DNA of 64,000 nucleotides from Escherichia coli (GTDB lineage Bacteria; Pseudomonadota; Gammaproteobacteria; Enterobacterales; Enterobacteriaceae): NCBI RefSeq assembly GCF_001677475.2, contig NZ_CP015229.1; one strand, 5' to 3'. Shown piece by piece: positions 57,655 to 64,000 of this stretch (position 1 is its first letter; each line of letters starts with the position of its first letter). The notes under the pieces were generated by a model. It saw only the letters and a program-made list of their open reading frames with translations, ran no database searches and was not told where the DNA came from. The position numbers and the translations under genes were made by a program.

Positions 57655-58985
57655 TGCATTTTCACCAATATATAAGCCGTTGCCCGCACTTTTCCCGCAC
57701 TGACTGTCTGATTTGGCAGTTTCTTCAACCGGGCGATAAAAGAGTAACTATAGCTGGAGTATCCGGGGTGAGTCGCACCTTCTAATGTTGCCCCTTCAAA
57801 TACAGGATACCACCCCGCTGCATTTCCTCCGGGGGTTAACTTCGCGATGCCCGGTTGACCAACCAGCGTCATCGCCGTATCGGGGTGAGCACTGTTAGAA
57901 ATATAGATCCCAACGCCTTTTGCCATCTCTGCTGCGTCATAATTATCAGAGACCAGGGCGCTGACGCCGCCGTTGCTATTGATAATCCCCAGTTTTTGCG
58001 CCGTTGTATATGCACCTTCAGACACCTGGATTCCTAATGCTGTCTGAGTATCGCTAATCCCTGATTGAACCGAGTTACTACACTCGACGCGGACATTAAA
58101 ATTAGCGGTACTTTCCATGCCCGCATTCAGTTGTGATTCTGCAATTGTCGGCAGCAATACTAACGGCGTGGCGCTGCGGGCAACGCAGGTGGCATTGTTG
58201 TAGAGTCGATTTGCCGATCGCATTCCGTAACCAAAACCATTATCAACACCCCAAAAATCATAGTGATCCGCACTGTCCTCTCCCACTTCATCATGAGCAA
58301 ATGGAATACCACTGGTACCGGAAAGCTGAATATAGGCATTAGGCTGAGTGCAGTTATAAGGCGTGCCGGAGGGTTTAGCATACCCCACACCGTCGCCATC
58401 AGTATTGGTATTACCGCAGTAACTGGTTGCGCCAGCGGTATCAGGCAGCGTACTAATACGATAAAGTTCAGCATGAAGAGGAGGGATATCCTGTAAGCGG
58501 ATCTGGATTTTAGTACCCTGAGTGGCATAACTGGTGATGGGCACTTTCTTCCAGTAACGACCAATCGTCACGCCCGCCATGGTCTGCTTGAGACCGACAA
58601 AAGCAAACCAGGTGGCATAGACATCACTCAGACCATCAGGCCCGCCTGCATTGTGAAAGCCACCCACGCGGTCATCGCCATTGGTAGCGACCAGAAAATA
58701 GATGTTTGGCAAATCTGTTGCGTCACATTCCCACAGTACGGAGCTTCCTGACGCGCCACCTGATGTGTAGTTAGTGGAAGGGACGACCGTTGTCGCGAGT
58801 AGCGAGCCTACTGGCGCAAAATAGGTGTCGGTCATATTAATTTTTCCGAACTCAATGAGTGCCGATCTTCCGTCCTCCGTTTGTCCGACACGTGTATTAG
58901 AACAAGTGGCCCAGGCGGATGATTGTATTAGTGCCACCAATATGATGGAGCTAATCAGAATGTGTAAAAAAGTTGATTTAGACAT
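57651..58985 (-). CDS. Large fimbrial subunit, probable two-domain tip adhesin
   Basis: 444-aa ORF with signal peptide, several Cys pairs, size consistent with lectin plus pilin domains; lies between usher and second chaperone. Confidence 0.65.
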   Translation of the reverse strand: MSKSTFLHILISSIILVALIQSSAWATCSNTRVGQTEDGRSALIEFGKINMTDTYFAPVGSLLATTVVPSTNYTSGGASGSSVLWECDATDLPNIYFLVATNGDDRVGGFHNAGGPDGLSDVYATWFAFVGLKQTMAGVTIGRYWKKVPITSYATQGTKIQIRLQDIPPLHAELYRISTLPDTAGATSYCGNTNTDGDGVGYAKPSGTPYNCTQPNAYIQLSGTSGIPFAHDEVGEDSADHYDFWGVDNGFGYGMRSANRLYNNATCVARSATPLVLLPTIAESQLNAGMESTANFNVRVECSNSVQSGISDTQTALGIQVSEGAYTTAQKLGIINSNGGVSALVSDNYDAAEMAKGVGIYISNSAHPDTAMTLVGQPGIAKLTPGGNAAGWYPVFEGATLEGATHPGYSSYSYSFIARLKKLPNQTVSAGKVRATAYILVKMQ

Positions 58986-59000
58986 CAGGTTTTCTCTGTA

Positions 59001-61523
59001 TCAAGACTGACAGGTTTCATTCAGGCGGATGATAGGGCTATTGCTGTCTTTCCCGCTGATATCGAAGGGCAACTGGCAACTATCGTTAGCGCCTTCACCC
59101 CAGCGAACAGACAAGTGGCCTTTTGTCTGTTCTGTGCGGAGGTAAATTTGCCCCCCCTGACCGGCTATACCGATAACCGTATTATTCTCATCCAGCACAT
59201 CGGCTCCCATTGGCAGTTCCGAACCATCTGCCATGCGGGATTTAATCAGCAGCGCTTTACCAGGACGGGTACGGAAGACAACTTTCACCGCCGCACCCGC
59301 AACCGGTGCTACCTGTTTTTCACTGTCGACCAGCTCGGCATCGCCATCCATTCCTTGTGGATCGAGAGATATACGGTTGTAGCGATAGGGCGTTACTGCC
59401 GGAACAAGCGCATAACCACTGTCATTAATTTCCAGCTGACTGGAGTTATAGACTTTTGCACCTTCTGCGCCTTTTGCTTCGACCAGGGCGAACGTTTCAC
59501 CCAGATAAGGTCCGAAAGTGACGCCGCCGCCATGTACGGCCATCGCGCCTTGTACGTTTCCGGAAGCCTGCCAGTAATCCTGGCCCTTCGATGCGTTCAA
59601 TCCGACGGTAGTTTGTGAAAAACGTTTTTGCATATTTCCGCTAAGCGTCGTCTGCTTATATTGTTGATCGCGCATGACGTTCAGGCTGTAGTTGGTGGTC
59701 TGTGCTTCATCAAGCATTCCGGTTAGCGAGCTTTGTAATTGCGAGCTACCGTCAGTTGAATGGGTCCAGCTGTTGCTAAGACTTGGTACACGAGGTCCAT
59801 TGCCGCCAAGTGGGAATGAGAATGAAAGGGACGTTACCGTCTGCATATCATCAGAATTGTCTTTATAGCCGCCCATTCTTTGGCGTCCGACGGAAAGGTT
59901 CATACTGATGCCATGGCTAAAGCTATTGCTGTAACCTAACTGAAGCTGTGTATCACGGCTCTTGCCGCCACGGTAGTTCTGTGTTGAACCTGACACAAAC
60001 AGGTTGCCGTAATTCGCAAGGCTCTGACTTAACGTAAGATCGAAGCGCGACTGTTGACGCCACTGGCTGGAGTCCCATGACTGTTTATTGCTGGCAGCAT
60101 GACGTTCTCCCAACACATCAGCCAGATCACGATAGCCGCTGGTAGAGTATCGATAACCTGCCAGGGAGACAGTGGTTGATGTGGGCTGGAAAGTTTTACT
60201 CCAGGTTAATTGCGACATCCAACCACTCTGCGCTTCGCTTTCAGGAACACGCGCATGGGACCAAGTGAGGTTTGCCCCAAATGCCCCCAGCGTACTGCCA
60301 TAGACTCCGCCAAGCATCAGCGCCTGGTAGCCATCAGCGATACGCGAGCCACTGTTAAATGTCAGCGTGTTAGTCATCCCGTGCTGCCAGGTGAGGTCAC
60401 CAAACATCGAGTCATCACCGCTATCCTGCGTTTTACCTACTTCCACGTTATAACGGGAAGTTCCTGGACGCATCGATTCTGGTACGGCTGAAAAGGGGAC
60501 ACTGAAACGACTGACTGCGCCATTTGCTTCCGTAACGGTGACATCCAGATCGCCGCTGTAACTGGTGGGGTATAGGTCGTTTATCTCGAAAGGGCCTGGA
60601 GCCACGGTGGTCTGATAAATTTCATGACCGTTTTGCATTACCGAGACTCTGGCGTTTGTTGCGGCCACGCCGCGAATAGTCGGCGCATAGCCGCGCATGG
60701 AGTCCGGCAGCATACGTTCATCGGTCGCGAGACTAACGCCGTGATAACTGAGTCCAGAGAAAAATCTTCCGCTGGTGATAAGCTGCCCCATCATTAACTG
60801 GCTATTTATGGCGGGCAGCGGGCGTTGCAAATAGCTACGAATATTGTTCCACTGATTCCCTTTGTCATTATCCCAGGTCATGTTGGATAACTGACGATAT
60901 TGCCAGGCACCAAGGTTGATGCCACCATTAAATGATGCCCATAGCGAACGCTGGCTATGAGCATTCTGCCCTGAATAAGCAACGTTATAATAGTTGGCAA
61001 TATAATTCATGAACGCCAGCGATGCTCCGGTATCAAGTTCGCTGGGAGGGACATAGCCGCGAGGGCGACTAATCATTTGACTCTGAGGCACCGACAAGTC
61101 AAGGCGCAGTTGTGACAACTGTGTCTGGCTGGTGATGCCGGGAGCGAGTTCCTGAGCAAAGGTACAGACCGGCTCTTTTTCACCCTTATCTTCCCCTGTT
61201 TTGAGGCCTATCGCGTCCGCGACTTCAGGCGTCAGGCAGGGCAGAACGCGACCATCAGCGGCTTCTTTAAACGCGACATTCCAACTACCTGACAACTTAT
61301 TGTTGGTGTAGATATCCATTTTATAATTGCCCGGTGCAACAGACTCACGAGTTGTCAGTTTTGCCAATGACGACTGACTAAATCTGCTGCCGCGAAAGAG
61401 TTGCGGGTCAAAGGTGTAGTTGTCTTCATCTGACGGTGTAGCGGGTGAGATTTCTTGCCCCATAACCGGCTGGCAGAGTAAAACCAATATTGCCGCAGAA
61501 ATTGACACAACGGATTTATTCAT
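59001..61523 (-). CDS. Fimbrial usher (outer-membrane assembly platform)
   Basis: 840-aa ORF with signal peptide, length and composition typical of FimD/PapC ushers. Confidence 0.85.
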   Translation of the reverse strand: MNKSVVSISAAILVLLCQPVMGQEISPATPSDEDNYTFDPQLFRGSRFSQSSLAKLTTRESVAPGNYKMDIYTNNKLSGSWNVAFKEAADGRVLPCLTPEVADAIGLKTGEDKGEKEPVCTFAQELAPGITSQTQLSQLRLDLSVPQSQMISRPRGYVPPSELDTGASLAFMNYIANYYNVAYSGQNAHSQRSLWASFNGGINLGAWQYRQLSNMTWDNDKGNQWNNIRSYLQRPLPAINSQLMMGQLITSGRFFSGLSYHGVSLATDERMLPDSMRGYAPTIRGVAATNARVSVMQNGHEIYQTTVAPGPFEINDLYPTSYSGDLDVTVTEANGAVSRFSVPFSAVPESMRPGTSRYNVEVGKTQDSGDDSMFGDLTWQHGMTNTLTFNSGSRIADGYQALMLGGVYGSTLGAFGANLTWSHARVPESEAQSGWMSQLTWSKTFQPTSTTVSLAGYRYSTSGYRDLADVLGERHAASNKQSWDSSQWRQQSRFDLTLSQSLANYGNLFVSGSTQNYRGGKSRDTQLQLGYSNSFSHGISMNLSVGRQRMGGYKDNSDDMQTVTSLSFSFPLGGNGPRVPSLSNSWTHSTDGSSQLQSSLTGMLDEAQTTNYSLNVMRDQQYKQTTLSGNMQKRFSQTTVGLNASKGQDYWQASGNVQGAMAVHGGGVTFGPYLGETFALVEAKGAEGAKVYNSSQLEINDSGYALVPAVTPYRYNRISLDPQGMDGDAELVDSEKQVAPVAGAAVKVVFRTRPGKALLIKSRMADGSELPMGADVLDENNTVIGIAGQGGQIYLRTEQTKGHLSVRWGEGANDSCQLPFDISGKDSNSPIIRLNETCQS

Positions 61524-61575
61524 CTCGACATACTCGTGCGTGAAAAAGGATACCGCTCAAAAAAGGGGAAAGAGG

Positions 61576-62298
61576 TTATAAGGCATGCTCAGACGTGACA
61601 TTTACGCCATAGTCATTGACGGTCACTAAATGAATCTGCGTACCGGGAGCGACGCTGATGCCAGAGCGTAGTGTCCATTCAGTTGTGCTTTGAGGTGCAA
61701 TCATGACGGAATTCGCGAGGGGGATTTTTTTACCGTTATTAAGCAGTTCAGCGGCGCGAATCACGACGTAATAGCCCGTGGGATTCGTCACTTCAATGCG
61801 GTTCTGTTTTACCTGGTAAGTCAGGTTTTTTGGCGCGTCACTGGATTTACCGACAATCGAGCTGGGACGATAGAAAATTTTGACTCGATTAGTCAGGGCC
61901 AGGATGAGCTGGTTCTGGCTTTTATCATTCTTATTCAGATAAGGTAGTTGACTGAAACTAAACCAGAAAACAGACTCGCGATCCTGCGGTAAATTATCAC
62001 CAGTGTAGAGCAGGCGTAATGCCTGACCTGCGGCAGCTTCCATGCGAAATGTCTGCGGGGTTGGCATAAACGGTACATTCTTGTCAGAACCACGTTCATC
62101 CTCAACATGGATATTAATGATATAGGGCTGATCGCTGGTATTTCGCAACTGGATAGTTTTTTCCTTTGCGTCACCAGGGAAAATAATACGGGTTCCGGTC
62201 ATTACCACGCTGGCAAACGCGCTGCTGCTCATGCTCATGGAAAATACAAGTACCAGTAAATATGCAAAAATGTTCATTCTTATCTTTTCCATGTCCAT
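61576..62298 (-). CDS. Fimbrial periplasmic chaperone (PapD-like)
   Basis: 240-aa ORF with signal peptide and LPQDRESVFWFSF motif. Confidence 0.8.
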   Translation of the reverse strand: MDMEKIRMNIFAYLLVLVFSMSMSSSAFASVVMTGTRIIFPGDAKEKTIQLRNTSDQPYIINIHVEDERGSDKNVPFMPTPQTFRMEAAAGQALRLLYTGDNLPQDRESVFWFSFSQLPYLNKNDKSQNQLILALTNRVKIFYRPSSIVGKSSDAPKNLTYQVKQNRIEVTNPTGYYVVIRAAELLNNGKKIPLANSVMIAPQSTTEWTLRSGISVAPGTQIHLVTVNDYGVNVTSEHAL

Positions 62299-62362
62299 GA
62301 AAAATCACTATTAATTGTGTGAGGAAATACTGGCTGACATTTACTGCCAGCCAGTAGATTAA

Positions 62363-62923
62363 TTAGAGGTAGCTCAGGGTGTATTCTGCGACAGCGGTAA
62401 TTTTACCGGCAGTGGCAGCTGCGCTATCGATAACGAAGTAACGCGCACCGAAGTCGTAGCTGGCTTCAGTATCGCCAACTTTCAGTGTCAAACCCGGTAC
62501 GTTAGTCGCGCCAGCCAGAGTTACTGGGTTACCAGAAGTGCTGGAATCCATTAACTGAATGCCAAAGCCTTTCGCCGCATCGCTGCTGGTATCACGGTTT
62601 CCCATAACACCCGTGCTAGCGTCAACGTCGTAGCCCAGGAAGGTGGTGTTGATTGCCTGATCTGCACCAGTCGGAGCCTGGCAGTTAGACACAGAAACCG
62701 TAAACGGCGTCTGGCCTGCGCTCTGGCCATCAGCTAAAGTTGCACCGAAGTCAGCCATGGCTACGGTCGGCAGCAATACTACTGAATTGGTTTGACCGTT
62801 GATATTTACGGAACAGGTCTGATCGGTTACTTCACCCTGAAAAGTGACTGTCGGTGCAGCCATGGTAGAAAAAGGTAATGCGATAGCTGCCAGCAGAGCT
62901 GCTTTTTTGAAAGTAGAAAACAT
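62363..62923 (-). CDS. Fimbrial major subunit (FimA-like pilin)
   Basis: 186-aa ORF with signal peptide, conserved Cys pair and C-terminal beta-strand; first structural gene of the operon. Confidence 0.8.
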   Translation of the reverse strand: MFSTFKKAALLAAIALPFSTMAAPTVTFQGEVTDQTCSVNINGQTNSVVLLPTVAMADFGATLADGQSAGQTPFTVSVSNCQAPTGADQAINTTFLGYDVDASTGVMGNRDTSSDAAKGFGIQLMDSSTSGNPVTLAGATNVPGLTLKVGDTEASYDFGARYFVIDSAAATAGKITAVAEYTLSYL

Positions 62924-62965
62924 ATTAATATCCTTGAAATTTAGAGTTAATATAGAACGAGATAA

Positions 62966-63589
62966 TTAATGCAATTGATACAATCTGACGTTTTTAAAAC
63001 CGGTAAATCTCCTTAACTGTATAAGTGCCTTGAAAATGTAAAAGCCATCACTATCACAAGCAATTTCAAACTTGTTGAAAACCGATATTTTATAGTGACT
63101 AATGTACTTGACATCCTTTTTTAGCAGGGTGTGCAATATTCTTTTGTTATCTATCTTAAAATATAAGTAATAGATATCCCACTCATACCTTGTCAGAGTC
63201 ACCTGCCTGATTTGCTGGTCTTTATCAGTACTTTTAATCAAAGTAATGAGTTTATTCAATTTTATATATCGGCTAATGAATGTTTGCTCTGAAAGTGAAA
63301 AGAAGATATTTCTGTTTTTCATCTTTCTTAGTGAAACAATCATTAAAAACCTGGCCAAATCTGGCAGTTTTGCAAGTATACTTACGTCATCCACTGCGAC
63401 AAGAAGTACGTTTTTGGTAAAGCGGTTATCAAATCTAAGTGTACTTAGGTCATTATTACATGCATTTTGAGAACAAAAAAAACACTCAATAAAAAAACGA
63501 TAATGGTGACCTAGTTTTGCACTTAATCCCTGAAGGTAATATAGATCATCCGAAATGATAATTACCCTTGTTAGTAAGTTCTTGTTCAT
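62966..63589 (-). CDS. Putative fimbrial operon regulator: degenerate receiver-like N-terminus plus degenerate LuxR/FixJ-type HTH
   Basis: 207-aa AT-rich ORF 43 bp upstream of the pilin gene; RVIIISDD and NVLLVAVDD resemble receiver strands; LTRYEWDIYYLYFKIDNKRILHTLLKKDVKYISHYKISVFNKF loosely fits the LuxR HTH pattern. Confidence 0.45.
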   Translation of the reverse strand: MNKNLLTRVIIISDDLYYLQGLSAKLGHHYRFFIECFFCSQNACNNDLSTLRFDNRFTKNVLLVAVDDVSILAKLPDLARFLMIVSLRKMKNRNIFFSLSEQTFISRYIKLNKLITLIKSTDKDQQIRQVTLTRYEWDIYYLYFKIDNKRILHTLLKKDVKYISHYKISVFNKFEIACDSDGFYIFKALIQLRRFTGFKNVRLYQLH

Positions 63590-64000
63590 TGCACTAACTC
63601 AATTGCTTGCAGCAAAACAGCCCATCTTCATGGAGTAAAAATTTTGAAAGTGAAAAATTTCTTACTAAAGATGTAATAATGGGCTTTCCATATGCGACAT
63701 AACAACTGCAGTAACACAACTAATCTTTATGTGTTCTTTATATAGAGAGTAACAGCGTGATATCTGTATCTCTAAAAGAATAGCGATGTCCTGCAATCGA
63801 TGAGCACAATATATGACATTCATCACATGTATAACAATTGAATTTACATTCATACTGGTGTTAATCGGTAATATAGTAATTTAATTCTTACCGAAAGATG
63901 ATGAGCAGAGTTTTATTCTGAATATGGTTGTTTTTTGCGGTCTGCTCAGGTTGGAGATGCTACATAATGGCTTCATCTATTACTTTTTATGTCAAAAAAG

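Noticed and set aside
62966-63960. Possible mobile-element boundary or integrase at the window end
   Set aside because: No transposase, integrase or inverted-repeat signature was recognisable; the region is AT-rich regulatory and regulator-coding DNA, and the only other ORF there (63665..63853, 62 aa) has no support.

Overview
This window reads as an Escherichia coli chromosomal segment that is syntenic with the K-12 etk–gfc–csp–tor–cbp–agp–wrbA–rut–put–efe–phoH–pga–dgcT region but is not K-12. Gene identities come from reading the supplied six-frame translations against remembered protein families; no database search or alignment was run. Core genes, in order: etk (partial), etp, gfcEDCBA, cspH/cspG, ymcE, gnsA, yccM, torS/torT/torR/torCAD, cbpAM, yccE, agp, yccJ-wrbA, ymdF, rutGFEDCBA/rutR, putA/putP, efeUOB, phoH, pgaDCBA, dgcT. 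Differences from my recollection of K-12: (a) efeU is an intact single ORF; (b) no IS1 between gfcA and cspH and no IS3 after dgcT; (c) about 2 kb of extra DNA between putP and efeU encoding a 447-aa protein with three tandem ~61-aa repeats; (d) an AT-rich accessory block after dgcT with a CSS-EAL c-di-GMP phosphodiesterase, a ToxR/ToxS-like membrane regulator pair, an SDR oxidoreductase and a six-gene chaperone-usher fimbrial operon. Two outer-membrane polysaccharide exporters look inactivated: gfcD is split by a frameshift and pgaA carries an in-frame TAG 55 codons before its natural stop. No rRNA, tRNA, CRISPR array or IS element was recognised. The most likely candidates for something new are the putP–efeU repeat protein and the ToxRS-like/fimbrial/PDE module; I cannot tell from sequence alone whether either is undescribed, and the PDE may correspond to the EHEC enzyme VmpA/PdeT.
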